Assembly (NCBI GenBank): GCA_046290225.1
Contig: JBKAGE010000080.1
Location: forward strand, 64,001-128,000
From: Bradymonadia bacterium
GTDB lineage: Bacteria > Myxococcota_A > Bradymonadia > UBA7976 > UBA1532
Direction of reading: 5' to 3'
Length of the DNA: 64,000 nucleotides
In this document: piece by piece, positions 10,530-20,358 of the stretch
Layout of the letters: each line of letters starts with the position of its first letter
Numbering within the stretch: position 1 is the first letter of the stretch
Notes under the pieces: generated by a model
What the model was told of the DNA's origin: nothing
What the model saw: only the letters and a program-made list of their open reading frames with translations
The model's database searches: none
Position numbers and translations under genes: made by a program

Positions 10530-11141
10530 ATGCTTCCTGCCCTTTTCGAGCTGCCCGACCTGCCCGAGCCCTGGCCGCTGTTTCTCTTTCTGCACGGAAA
10601 AGGCGAGCGCGGCCCTGGTGGTGACGATCTCGACCGCGTGCGCCAGTGGGGCCCACCGAAACAGATCGCCGAGGGCGCGAGCATTCCGGGTTTGCTCGTC
10701 TCCCCCCAGTGCCCCCTCGATCGATTCTGGCGCACCGACGAGGTGCTGGCTCTGCTCGACGATGTGCAGGGGCGATATCCCATCGACCGTCGGCGGGTGT
10801 ACCTCACGGGTTTGAGCATGGGCGGCACCGGCAGCTGGGATCTGCTCGCCGCGGCCCCCGATCGCTTCGCCGCCGCCTTCATCATCTGCGGGCGCACTGA
10901 TCTCGAACAGGCACCGAAGATCACCGATGTGCCGATTCAGGTGTTCCACGGCGCCCTCGATCCCATCATTCCGCTCTCCGATTCCGTGACCATGGTCGAC
11001 GCCGTGCGACGAGCGGGGGGTCAAGTCGATCTGACGGTGTACCCCGAGGCCGCCCACGTAGAGGCCTGGGTACAGGCCTACGGCGCCGAAGGCGGTCGCC
11101 GCTGGCACACCTGGCTGATGCAGCACACCCGAGAGGTATAG
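10530..11141 (+). CDS. Alpha/beta hydrolase (phospholipase/carboxylesterase-like)
   Basis: FLHGKGERG, SPQCP, DRRRVYLTGLSMGG nucleophile elbow, FHGALD, YPEAAH. Confidence 0.85.
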   Translation: MLPALFELPDLPEPWPLFLFLHGKGERGPGGDDLDRVRQWGPPKQIAEGASIPGLLVSPQCPLDRFWRTDEVLALLDDVQGRYPIDRRRVYLTGLSMGGTGSWDLLAAAPDRFAAAFIICGRTDLEQAPKITDVPIQVFHGALDPIIPLSDSVTMVDAVRRAGGQVDLTVYPEAAHVEAWVQAYGAEGGRRWHTWLMQHTREV

Positions 11142-11146
11142 AGATC

Positions 11147-11986
11147 ATGCAGCACGTCGTGACCCGACCCCGTGAGCCCTTCACCGCCGCCGACGGCCGA
11201 CTGATGGTGCATCAAGTGCCAGTGTGGAAGGACAACCTCGTCTGGCTGGTGGTCTGCACCGAGACCGGCGCCGCGGCGGCCATCGACGGGCCAGAAGCAG
11301 GGCCGGTGCTGGCGTACTGCGAGGCCCACGGCATCACCCTCGGGGCCATCTTCAACACCCACGTGCATCCCGATCACATCGGCATCAACAACGCCCTGCA
11401 GAGCGAAGGCAAGCTGGCCTCGATGCGGGTGGTCGGCTCGCGCGTGCGACCCCACGACATCCCCGGCATCACGGAGCAGGTCGGTGAGGGCGACACGGTG
11501 CAACTGGGCGCGGTGGAAGGTCGCGTGATGCTCACCGAGGGGCACCAAGACGGCCACATCTCGTATCTCTTCGGCGACGTGCTCTTCTGCGGTGACACGA
11601 TGTTCGCCGGGGGCTGCGGCTACCTGTTCGACGGCCCGCCGGAGAAGATGCACGCCAGCCTGCAGCGTTTGGCAGCCCTGCCCCCGGAGACGCGGGTGTG
11701 CTGCGCCCACGAGTACACCGAGTCCAACCTGAAGTTCGCGCTGTCGGTGGAGCCAGGAAACGCAGCCTTGGTGGATCGCGTGGCCCGCGTACAGGTGATC
11801 CGCGCCGAGGGGGGCTGTACGGTACCCTCGACCATCGCCGAGGAGCGGGCGACGAACCCCTTCGTGCGGGTGAGCTCACCCGAACTCAGAGCCCAGCTGG
11901 CCCGGCAGGCCCCCGATGCTTCTTTGGAGACCGGCGCCGAGATCTTCGCGGCCACTCGAACGCTCAAGAACGGCTTCAAAGGCTGA
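11147..11986 (+). CDS. gloB: Hydroxyacylglutathione hydrolase (glyoxalase II)
   Basis: THVHPDHIG, GH, FCGDTMFAGGCG, CAHEYT, PSTIAEERATNPF. Confidence 0.88.
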   Translation: MQHVVTRPREPFTAADGRLMVHQVPVWKDNLVWLVVCTETGAAAAIDGPEAGPVLAYCEAHGITLGAIFNTHVHPDHIGINNALQSEGKLASMRVVGSRVRPHDIPGITEQVGEGDTVQLGAVEGRVMLTEGHQDGHISYLFGDVLFCGDTMFAGGCGYLFDGPPEKMHASLQRLAALPPETRVCCAHEYTESNLKFALSVEPGNAALVDRVARVQVIRAEGGCTVPSTIAEERATNPFVRVSSPELRAQLARQAPDASLETGAEIFAATRTLKNGFKG

Positions 11987-12769
11987 TCAGCCCTGGTTGC
12001 TGAAACACTGCAGATCGTACAGGTGTCGAAAGCCCCGCTTCTTGAGCAATGGCGCTGACGTGGCGGTGCGGGCGAGGGTCACGGCGAGCTCGACGCCCGC
12101 CTGGGCCAGCTCGGACAACCGTACCTCGGTGAGCTGCCGATACAGCCCGCGACCTCGGGCTTCTGGGGCCACCACGGCCCCTGAAAGATAGGCATACCGC
12201 CGACCGTCGAGTTCGAGCAGCAACGTCGACGACACCCCCACGACCTGCCCGTCGACGCGTGCAGCGTAGAGCCACCTCGGTGTCGCCCACTGAGCGCGCT
12301 CCAACGCTTCTCGCTCCATCTCGGAGAGACCCCACAGAGCACAATGGGCCGGCGTGTAGGCCGACGCGTCGACGCGAGAGACCTGCGCTGACGTCTGAGC
12401 ACGCACAGTCGGGGTGATGGCCAGAGCCTCGGCCTGCCACGTACGAAACCCGCTCACGGCCTCTGGCGCCTTGGCCCATGGCCCCACGCAGAGCTTGAGC
12501 GGTGCCCCCTCTGGTGCATCAGCGAAGGGCTCGGGCTCCACCGACAGCGGCACCTCGTTGGTCATCGTAGACGAGATCGTGGGATGCCAGACTGAGAAGT
12601 GCCCCGGCCGAGCCACCCACTGGCTCCCAGGCCACCACGGATGCACCCCCACGGGGGCCAGCGCAGCAGCGAAAGCTTCAGATTCGAGGGCCTCACGCAA
12701 TGCCGGGGTGACAATCTGCGAGAGCAACGCGCCTCGGTGCCCTGTCATGGACGAACTGACACGCCTCAT
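11987..12769 (-). CDS. GNAT-family N-acetyltransferase
   Basis: C-terminal acetyl-CoA motif VAPEARGRGLY; AGGAGG before ATG 12769. Confidence 0.7.
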   Translation of the reverse strand: MRRVSSSMTGHRGALLSQIVTPALREALESEAFAAALAPVGVHPWWPGSQWVARPGHFSVWHPTISSTMTNEVPLSVEPEPFADAPEGAPLKLCVGPWAKAPEAVSGFRTWQAEALAITPTVRAQTSAQVSRVDASAYTPAHCALWGLSEMEREALERAQWATPRWLYAARVDGQVVGVSSTLLLELDGRRYAYLSGAVVAPEARGRGLYRQLTEVRLSELAQAGVELAVTLARTATSAPLLKKRGFRHLYDLQCFSNQG

Positions 12770-12873
12770 CTGACCCCTCCTGATGCACCGGTGTGCGCAG
12801 TGCGGTGTTTGAAAACACGTGCCACGGAGTCCTGTAGAGGACAAGCACGGACAACACACCTTCAGGGGCAAAG

Positions 12874-14370
12874 ATGAAGCAATGTTCAACACTGATGCTC
12901 GTGTGCCTCGGCGCACTCTGGACACAGGGCTGCATCGAACAGTCGCCGACGATGGATTCAGATGGTCGAGAAGCTGAGTTTGGAGATGAAGCTGGTGTCA
13001 CGGGCGGCGTACCTGCACTCAGCGAACCACAGGATGACATGCCCACAGGGGGCTCTGACCAAGCAGAGGATGAAGATGATGAAGACGAGGCCTACGAGCG
13101 CCCTCGTGTCGCCGTTCAAGTGGCTGTCGGCTCAGGTTACACATGCGCTCTGCTCGACGACGGCCTTCGAGAGGGCACCGTCAAATGTTGGGGTGTAGGT
13201 GAGGCGTTGGGGCTCGGAGATGACGAGCCCATGGGAGACGAGCCTGGCGAGATGGGCAACGCGTTGCCTGCCCTCGACTTTGGTGCAGATGCGGTGGTCA
13301 CCCAACTCACCGCAGGCTTCCGCCACACCTGCGCCCTCTTCGAGGGTGGGAGGGCGAAGTGCTGGGGCAGCAACGATTGGGGGAGTCTCGGTCGAGGTCA
13401 CGACGACAACAATCACGGCGCTGAACCAGGACACACCCTGGGCGATGACGACCCTTTCATCGATCTCGGCTCCAGCGGCACAGTGGTCCAGCTTGCCGCA
13501 GGCGGGTCTCACACCTGCGCGCTCATCGATGACGGCTTCCGAGGGGGCATCATCAAATGTTGGGGCGACAACCAAATGAGGCAGCTTGGTCTGAACACCT
13601 ACGACCCTCGCGGGGAGAGGCCCAGGGACATGGGAGACAACCTGCCGCCGGTCGACCTCGGCACTGGACAGAGCGCGATCCAGGTCACGGCAGGCTCCGT
13701 GCACACGTGCGCACTCCTCGAGAGCGGACACATCAAGTGTTGGGGTTTGGAGAGCTACGCCTACGAGGGTGCTTCCCCAAGCCCCCTCGGCGACGCGCTG
13801 CCCTTCATCGATCTCGGACCTGGCCGTACGGCCGTTCAGATCGACGCAAGAGGCCTCCACACCTGTGCTCTACTCGACGACGGCTCGGTCAAATGCTGGG
13901 GCAGCAACAGTCACGGTCAGCTCGGTCAGGGACATCGTCAAAACCTTGGTGAGGGCACCGCCCCCAGCAGCGACATCCCCCCCATCGATCTGGGCACCGG
14001 GCGTACGGCGCTGCGCATCACAGCCGGCCGTTTACACAACTGTGCCCTGCTCGACGACCACAGCATCAAGTGTTGGGGCAGCAACTACTCGGGGAGGCTC
14101 GGCCTCGGCATCCCGGGCGAATTTCGAGGAGCCGAGCCAGGGGAGATGGGTGATGCGCTGCCGCCGGTCGATCTCGGCACTGGGCACACTGCTGTAGATG
14201 TCGTGGCTGGCGAAGAGCACACCTGCGTCCTCTTCGAGGAGGGCGCCATCAAGTGCTGGGGTGACAACTCTTTCGGACAGCTCGGTCAAAACGATCGCCT
14301 AGCTCGTGGAGCCGAGGCGAGCGAGATGGGGCATGCCCTCCGAGTCATCGATCTCGGCACAACACCCTGA
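12874..14370 (+). CDS. RCC1-repeat lipoprotein
   Basis: Lipobox TQGC; about 7 repeats of AGxxHTCALxxxGxxKCWGxNxxGQLG. Confidence 0.9.
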   Translation: MKQCSTLMLVCLGALWTQGCIEQSPTMDSDGREAEFGDEAGVTGGVPALSEPQDDMPTGGSDQAEDEDDEDEAYERPRVAVQVAVGSGYTCALLDDGLREGTVKCWGVGEALGLGDDEPMGDEPGEMGNALPALDFGADAVVTQLTAGFRHTCALFEGGRAKCWGSNDWGSLGRGHDDNNHGAEPGHTLGDDDPFIDLGSSGTVVQLAAGGSHTCALIDDGFRGGIIKCWGDNQMRQLGLNTYDPRGERPRDMGDNLPPVDLGTGQSAIQVTAGSVHTCALLESGHIKCWGLESYAYEGASPSPLGDALPFIDLGPGRTAVQIDARGLHTCALLDDGSVKCWGSNSHGQLGQGHRQNLGEGTAPSSDIPPIDLGTGRTALRITAGRLHNCALLDDHSIKCWGSNYSGRLGLGIPGEFRGAEPGEMGDALPPVDLGTGHTAVDVVAGEEHTCVLFEEGAIKCWGDNSFGQLGQNDRLARGAEASEMGHALRVIDLGTTP

Positions 14371-14384
14371 GAGGCCTCTGCCGC

Positions 14385-17300
14385 TCAGTCGTAGATGTAG
14401 AGCGGACGATCCACCGGGTACAGCCGCAGATCGAGCGTGTATGGGTGCCGAGGGTACACCGACGAGGCCAGCGGCCGCACCGGCGAGCGGGCGTTGCCGT
14501 GGATCGTGAAGCGTTGAGCCCGCCGCGCCCCGGCCTCGAAGGCCGTGAGCGGCGGATCTTCGAAGGCCCGGCCCTCGGGATGCCACACGTGATAGGTGCA
14601 GCGACCCAAAGATCGCTGATGCCACGTGTCCACCACATCGAAGTGCAGCGGGTGGTGCACCCCGATGCTCGGGTGCAGACAGTGGGCCGGCTGCCACGCC
14701 CGGAACTTCACCCCGGCGATCTGCTCCCCCACCACGTCGGTGGGGTGCAAAGGCACCGCGAGGCCGTTCACCATGAGCACGTGGCGGCCCTCGGTAAAGC
14801 CCGTAACCTTGAGTTGCAGGCGCTCGAGCGACGAGTCGACGAAGCGCGACACCGTGCCCCCCGTGGGCTCCTCGCCGAGCACGGGCCAGGGTTCGAGGGC
14901 CGGTCGGATCTCCACGTTGATGCCCTCGGGCAGGGTGAGGCGGCCCATGATCGGGAACCGGTACTCGATGAAGGGCCGGAACCACTCCGGATCGAGCTCG
15001 ATACCGTGGCTGCGCAGCTCTCCGAGCAGGTCGAGCAGATCAGCCCACAAGAAGTGAGGCAGCATGAATCGGTCGTGCAGCTGATGCCCCCAGCGCACGA
15101 AGCCCCCGGGCACTGGCCCCGCGAGGCAACGGGCCACCAATGCTCTCACCAGCAGCATCTGCGCCGCCGCCATGCGCTCGTGGGGCGGCATCTCGAAGGC
15201 CCGCAGCTCGATGATGCCCTGGCGCCCGGCGGCGTGGGCGGGGCTGTAGAGCTTGTCGATGCAGATCTCTGCGCGGTGGGTGTTCCCGCTCACGTCCACG
15301 AGCAGGTTGCGCAGGGCGCGATCCACGAGCCACGGCGGGGCCATCTGGGCGTAGCCGGGGTTTTGCACGAGGCGGTCGAGGGCCAGCTCGAGCTCATCGA
15401 GGACCTCCATCCGGGCCTCGTCTATGCGGGGGGCCTGCGACGTGGGCCCCACGAAGAGCCCCGTGAAGAAGTACGACATGCAGGGGTGGCGCTGCACCAG
15501 CTTGAGAAAGCCCGCCATCACGTCAGGGCGCTGCAGGAACACACTCTCGGTGGTGCTCGGCCCCCCGAGGGTGAGGTGGTGGCCGCCGCCGCTGCCCACC
15601 TCGCGGCCATCGAGCTGATACTTCTCTGTGCTCAGACCTGAGTGGTTCGCGGCGTCGGAGAGAGTCTCCGAGAGCTTCACGTAATCAGCAAAGCGCGAGG
15701 TCACTGGCAGGTTCACCTCGATGACCCCAGGATCGGGGGACACGAGGATGCTCGACAGGCGGCTGTCTTTTGGCGGCGGGTAGCCTTCGAGGCGCACCGC
15801 AGTCTCGATGCCTGCTGATTCCAGGGCGCCCTCGATGGCGTCGAGCAACACCACGAAGCGATCAGCGTCGGGCAATGGCGGCAAGAACAGGTTGAGCGTC
15901 TGCGACTGGGCGTCGGGCTCGATGACCAGCGCCGTGAGAGGCGGCAACCAGGGTCCCACAGGGTAGGTCACCGCTGCAGGCGTCTGGCCGGGCTGCTGGC
16001 CTTCGATCTTCGCCGGATCGGGCAGGGCGCCCTGGGGCTCGGTGACGTCTCGGGGCACCAGCGTGCCCGCCTGGCCAGTGATGCGATCGAGAGGCAGGCG
16101 CAAACCCACGGGGCTGTCACCGGGGATCAGGTACAGCTCACCGCGGCGGAAGCTCCAGCGGTTGCTCGCCCAGCGGGCGCCGTCCCACGTAAGCGGGATC
16201 ACCTGCCCTGCGGGGCGGCCGAGGCCACGGTCGAGCACCCGTGCGAGGCGTCGGCGCTCTTCGCTGTCGGTGAGATCGGCCTTCAGCGGGTCGACGTCCA
16301 CAGGGAGCGCCTGCTCCTGGGTGGTGAAGTGCCACGGATCTTCGTAGGCAGCGTGCAGATTGGGGGCCACACCGAGGGTGGCACAGAGCGCCTCACCGAG
16401 GGCTTTGGCCTCTGCCTCGAGGCGATCGTGCGTCTCTGCCGGGGCGCCCACGCTGCCGTCACGGCTCACAGGGTTGGCGAAGCCGAGGCGCTCGGGGTTC
16501 TTCCAGAGGGGGACGCCGTCGGTGCGCCACCACAGCTCCAGATTCCAGCGGGGCAGTGATTCCCCAGGGTAGAGCTTGCCCATCCGCGACAGCGGCAGGC
16601 CGCCTTCGCCGAAACGCTGCTGTAACGCCTCGGCAAAGCGCAGCCCCTGCGCCCATTTCGTGGGGCCGAGGGCTTCAGTGATCCACTCTTTCTCCCGCGG
16701 ATGCTCCCGAGAGGTCCACGTAGGCTCGCCTCCCATAGTGAGCGTCACCCCATGACCCTCGATGATGGCGTCGACGCGATCGCCGGTGGCCTTCAGGGCC
16801 GACCACTGGTCTTCGGTGAGGGGTTTGCGGGGGCTGGGCTCATGGCCGAGGCGCTCGACGGTCATCTGCACGTCGAGCTGCCCCATGGACGAGGCGGTGC
16901 CGGTGATGGGCGCCGCCTGGAGCGGGCTCGCGGTGCACGCCAACGGGATATGGCCCTCGCCGCAGAGCAGCCCACTGGTGCCGTCGAGGCCCACCCAACC
17001 GGCGCCGGGCAGGTACACCTCTGCCCAGGCGTGCAGATCGACCACATCCTGGGTCACCCCCTTGGGCAGATCGGGGATGATGCCCTCGTCGGTGAGCTGC
17101 ACGAGGTACCCGCTCACGAAGCGCGCAGCGAGGCCCCTCGCCCGCAGCGCGTCGACGAGCAGCACCGCGGAGTCACGACAGCTGCCTCGACCGTTGAGGA
17201 GCGTCTCCTCGCTCGTCCAGACCCCGGGCTCCATGCGGATCACATAGTCGACGGTCTGGGCCACCTTGGTGTTGAGGGCCACGAGGTAGTCCACCACGTA

Positions 17301-17717
17301 CTGGTCGGGATCCGTGGGCACCCCTTCGAGCCACTTCGCCAGCTCGGGCCCTGGCTCACCTGTGGCGAGGTAGGGGGCCACCTCGGCGCCGAGGCCGTCG
17401 GGGTACTCGAAGGGCAGATGCTGGCAGCGCTCGTCCACATAGAAGTCGAAGGGGTTCACCGGCTGGATGTCGGCCACCACTTCGACCTCGATGCCCATCT
17501 CGGTGATGGGCTCGTCGGCGAACGTCAGCCGCAGAACCCGGTTGCCCCACGGGTCTTGCTGCCAGTGCGCGCGGGCCTCCTCGGGGCTCACCTCAAGGGC
17601 GTACGTCAAGATGTGCGTCCGGGTGTGCTGCACCGGGTGCAGCCGGATCACGTGAGGGCCCAACATGGCAGGGGCGTCGTAGAGATAGCGGGTGTGGTGG
17701 CGAACGCGAATGCGCAC
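14385..17717 (-). CDS. Transglutaminase-like protein fused to DUF2126 putative amidoligase
   Basis: N-terminal Bact_transglu_N (HHTRYLYD), catalytic GSCRD and HAWAEVYLPGAGWVGLD, then TMGGEPT, PDPGVIEVN, GGGHH, GPTSQAPR, GNTHRAEICIDKLY, ELRAFEMPPH. GTG start with AGGAGG. Confidence 0.9.
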   Translation of the reverse strand: MRIRVRHHTRYLYDAPAMLGPHVIRLHPVQHTRTHILTYALEVSPEEARAHWQQDPWGNRVLRLTFADEPITEMGIEVEVVADIQPVNPFDFYVDERCQHLPFEYPDGLGAEVAPYLATGEPGPELAKWLEGVPTDPDQYVVDYLVALNTKVAQTVDYVIRMEPGVWTSEETLLNGRGSCRDSAVLLVDALRARGLAARFVSGYLVQLTDEGIIPDLPKGVTQDVVDLHAWAEVYLPGAGWVGLDGTSGLLCGEGHIPLACTASPLQAAPITGTASSMGQLDVQMTVERLGHEPSPRKPLTEDQWSALKATGDRVDAIIEGHGVTLTMGGEPTWTSREHPREKEWITEALGPTKWAQGLRFAEALQQRFGEGGLPLSRMGKLYPGESLPRWNLELWWRTDGVPLWKNPERLGFANPVSRDGSVGAPAETHDRLEAEAKALGEALCATLGVAPNLHAAYEDPWHFTTQEQALPVDVDPLKADLTDSEERRRLARVLDRGLGRPAGQVIPLTWDGARWASNRWSFRRGELYLIPGDSPVGLRLPLDRITGQAGTLVPRDVTEPQGALPDPAKIEGQQPGQTPAAVTYPVGPWLPPLTALVIEPDAQSQTLNLFLPPLPDADRFVVLLDAIEGALESAGIETAVRLEGYPPPKDSRLSSILVSPDPGVIEVNLPVTSRFADYVKLSETLSDAANHSGLSTEKYQLDGREVGSGGGHHLTLGGPSTTESVFLQRPDVMAGFLKLVQRHPCMSYFFTGLFVGPTSQAPRIDEARMEVLDELELALDRLVQNPGYAQMAPPWLVDRALRNLLVDVSGNTHRAEICIDKLYSPAHAAGRQGIIELRAFEMPPHERMAAAQMLLVRALVARCLAGPVPGGFVRWGHQLHDRFMLPHFLWADLLDLLGELRSHGIELDPEWFRPFIEYRFPIMGRLTLPEGINVEIRPALEPWPVLGEEPTGGTVSRFVDSSLERLQLKVTGFTEGRHVLMVNGLAVPLHPTDVVGEQIAGVKFRAWQPAHCLHPSIGVHHPLHFDVVDTWHQRSLGRCTYHVWHPEGRAFEDPPLTAFEAGARRAQRFTIHGNARSPVRPLASSVYPRHPYTLDLRLYPVDRPLYIYD

Positions 17718-17867
17718 AGCGGGCCTCCTGAGAACACCGAGAGCCAGGGTGAGGGCGCCGACCACCTTGACCGGCCGGGCAGCGTTGGCATACGACACCC
17801 CCACGGGCCCTGCAAGGCGTTCCCCACACGCGCCACAGGCCTGTCACCGACTGGAGGCACGCCTGCC

Positions 17868-19343
17868 ATGGACGCCCTCTTCGATCAGTATCGCCCGCTC
17901 CCCCACACCGAGGACGAGTGCTGTGAGCGATCCGGCGCCCCGAGATCGGCCACGGCTCGGGTGGTGGACGATCTCGAAGCCCTCGGCCGCGACGAACTGC
18001 AGCGCCGGCAGCTCATCGCCGACACCGCCTTTCGCCGCGGCGGGGTCACCTTCTCGGTCTACGCCAGCGACGAGGGCGTGGAGAAGGTGTTCCCCTTCGA
18101 TCTCATCCCCCGGATCATCCCCGGCGACACCTGGGCCGAGCTGGAGCGTGGGCTGATTCAGCGGGTCGAGGCCCTGAACCTGTTCCTGCTCGACATTTAC
18201 GGTGACCAGAAGATCCTCGAGGCGGGCATCATCCCTCGGGACTTCATCGAAGGATCCACAGGCTATCTGCCCGAAATGCGGGGGGTGCGGCCCCCTGGCG
18301 ATCTGCACATCCACGTGGGGGGCATCGATCTCATCCGCGGCGGCGACGGGGTGTATCGGGTCCTCGAGGACAACATCCGCACCCCCTCGGGGGTGTCGTA
18401 CGTGCTCGAGAACCGCGAGGTGATGAAGCGGGTGTTGCCCCGAGTGTTCGGCGAGGCCCACGTGCGCCCCGTCGATCAATACCCCCGCAAGCTGCGGGAG
18501 GCGCTGTGCTCGATGTCGCCCCTCGACGCCGATGACGTGAACCTCGTGGTGCTCACTCCGGGGGCCTACAACTCCGCATATTTCGAGCACACCTTCCTGG
18601 CCCGGAGCATGGGCTGCGATCTGGTGCAGGCGAGCGACTTGTATGTGGGCCGTGACGATCGGGTCTATGTGAAGACCACCCGCGGCCCTCGCCGGGTCGA
18701 TGTCATCTATCGACGCATCGACGACGACTTCCTCGATCCCGAGGTGTTCCGCAAGGACAGCCTGCTCGGAGTACCAGGCATCGTGCGGGCCTACGCCCGG
18801 GGCAAGGTGGTGCTGGCCAACGGCATCGGGAACGGGGTGGCCGACGACAAGGCCATCTACCCCTTCGTGCACGACATGATCCGGTTCTACCTCGGGCAGG
18901 AGCCCCTGCTCGAGCAGGTGAAGACCTATGTCTGCGCTCGCCCCGACGAGCTGGCGTACACCCTCACCCACCTCGACGCGCTGGTGGTGAAGGCCGTCGA
19001 CGCCTCTGGAGGCTATGGCATGCTCATGGGCCCCTCGGCCACGGCGGAAGAGCGCGCCGAGTTCACCCAACGCATCAAAGACAATCCTCGGGGCTACATC
19101 GCTCAGCCGCTGGTGCAGCTGTCCACCTGCCCCACCTGGACCGATGAGGGCGTCGCCCCCCGGCGGGTCGACTTGCGGCCCTTCATCGTCACCGGCAAGC
19201 ACGGCAGCTATGTGCTCCCTGGCGGCCTCACCCGGGTGGCTCTGGAGGCGGGATCCTATGTCGTGAACTCCAGCCAAGGGGGCGGCTCAAAGGACACCTG
19301 GGTCCTCGACGAGTCACCCGCACATACAGGAGACCGCTCATGA
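17868..19343 (+). CDS. Circularly permuted type 2 ATP-grasp protein
   Basis: FPFDLIPRII, VLEDNIRTPSGVSY, NSAYFEH, VIYRRIDDDFLDP, GNGVADDK, GGYGM, PGGLTRVAL, NSSQGGGSKDTW. Confidence 0.92.
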   Translation: MDALFDQYRPLPHTEDECCERSGAPRSATARVVDDLEALGRDELQRRQLIADTAFRRGGVTFSVYASDEGVEKVFPFDLIPRIIPGDTWAELERGLIQRVEALNLFLLDIYGDQKILEAGIIPRDFIEGSTGYLPEMRGVRPPGDLHIHVGGIDLIRGGDGVYRVLEDNIRTPSGVSYVLENREVMKRVLPRVFGEAHVRPVDQYPRKLREALCSMSPLDADDVNLVVLTPGAYNSAYFEHTFLARSMGCDLVQASDLYVGRDDRVYVKTTRGPRRVDVIYRRIDDDFLDPEVFRKDSLLGVPGIVRAYARGKVVLANGIGNGVADDKAIYPFVHDMIRFYLGQEPLLEQVKTYVCARPDELAYTLTHLDALVVKAVDASGGYGMLMGPSATAEERAEFTQRIKDNPRGYIAQPLVQLSTCPTWTDEGVAPRRVDLRPFIVTGKHGSYVLPGGLTRVALEAGSYVVNSSQGGGSKDTWVLDESPAHTGDRS

Positions 19344-20350
19344 TCTCCCGCGTCGCCGAGCACTGTGTGTGGCTGATGCGCCACGTGGAGCGGGCCGAGA
19401 GCGCCGCCCGCATGTTGATGGTGAACCGCGCCCTGGTCCCCGGTGAAGGGGCGCTGGCCCCAGCCCGCTGGCACCCTCTGGTCATCGCCGCCGGCGAAGA
19501 AGACAACTTCATCGACCGGTTCTCCCGGGCAGCCCTCAACGACGGCGAGCAGGTGCAGGCCTACCTCACCTGGGACAAGCAGTGCGCCGTGAGCCTGCGC
19601 AGCGCCATCTTCTGGGCCCGGGAGAACGCCCGGCACATCAGGGAGACCCTCACCCTGGAGATGTGGGAGAGCCTCAACGTGATGTGGCTCTGGCTCACCG
19701 AAGGCGAAGCCCGAGCGCTCTACGACGCCGAGCGGCACCGCATGTACGAGCAGGTCCGCGAGGGCTGCCAGCAGTTCCACGGCGCCCTCGACGGCACCCT
19801 GCCCCGGACCACGGCCTACCAGTTCATGCAGCTGGGCAAGTGGCTCGAGCGCGGCGGCCAGACCGCGCGCCTGCTCGACGTGCATCACTATGTGCTGCAC
19901 CGGGACGATGGCCTGCCCCCTTCTCCCCTTGAGGCAGCGAAGTGGCAAGCGGTCTTGCGCAGCTGCTCCGCCCACGACGCGTTGCTCAAGGTCAGCCGCA
20001 AGCCGTTCTCGGGACGCTCCATCGCCCAGTTCCTGATGCTCGATCCGCACTTTCCCCGTTCGATCCGGTACTGCCTCGAGCGGGCCCTCGAGACCCTCAA
20101 GGGCATTCACCCCGAAGAGGGGCCCCACCTCGGCGCCAGCACCCGACAGCGGCTCGGCACCCTCGTGGGCGATCTCACCGGTCGATCCATCGACGAGCAC
20201 CTCGATCGTGGGCTGCAGCACAGTCTCACCGACATCATCGACCGCACGGCGATGGTGTTCAGCGCCGTGCAACAGGACTACTTCGAGCCCCCCATCGACT
20301 TGAGCACCCCCCTGCCCCCTGTGCCCACCCCCCTCGCCGACCTGCAGTAG
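19340..20350 (+). CDS. Alpha-E domain-containing protein
   Basis: MISRVAE..W..R..ERAE, ARENAR, EMWESLN, G..LER, FPRSI; ATGA overlap with the ATP-grasp gene. Confidence 0.9.
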   Translation: MISRVAEHCVWLMRHVERAESAARMLMVNRALVPGEGALAPARWHPLVIAAGEEDNFIDRFSRAALNDGEQVQAYLTWDKQCAVSLRSAIFWARENARHIRETLTLEMWESLNVMWLWLTEGEARALYDAERHRMYEQVREGCQQFHGALDGTLPRTTAYQFMQLGKWLERGGQTARLLDVHHYVLHRDDGLPPSPLEAAKWQAVLRSCSAHDALLKVSRKPFSGRSIAQFLMLDPHFPRSIRYCLERALETLKGIHPEEGPHLGASTRQRLGTLVGDLTGRSIDEHLDRGLQHSLTDIIDRTAMVFSAVQQDYFEPPIDLSTPLPPVPTPLADLQ

Positions 20351-20358
20351 AGCCATAC

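Noticed and set aside
16701..17867. N-terminal extension of the ATP-grasp ORF (880 aa as called); likewise 19942-20358 for the GATase fusion
   Set aside because: The extensions overlap other real genes; family homology begins at 17868 (with a GGAGG RBS) and at 20359.
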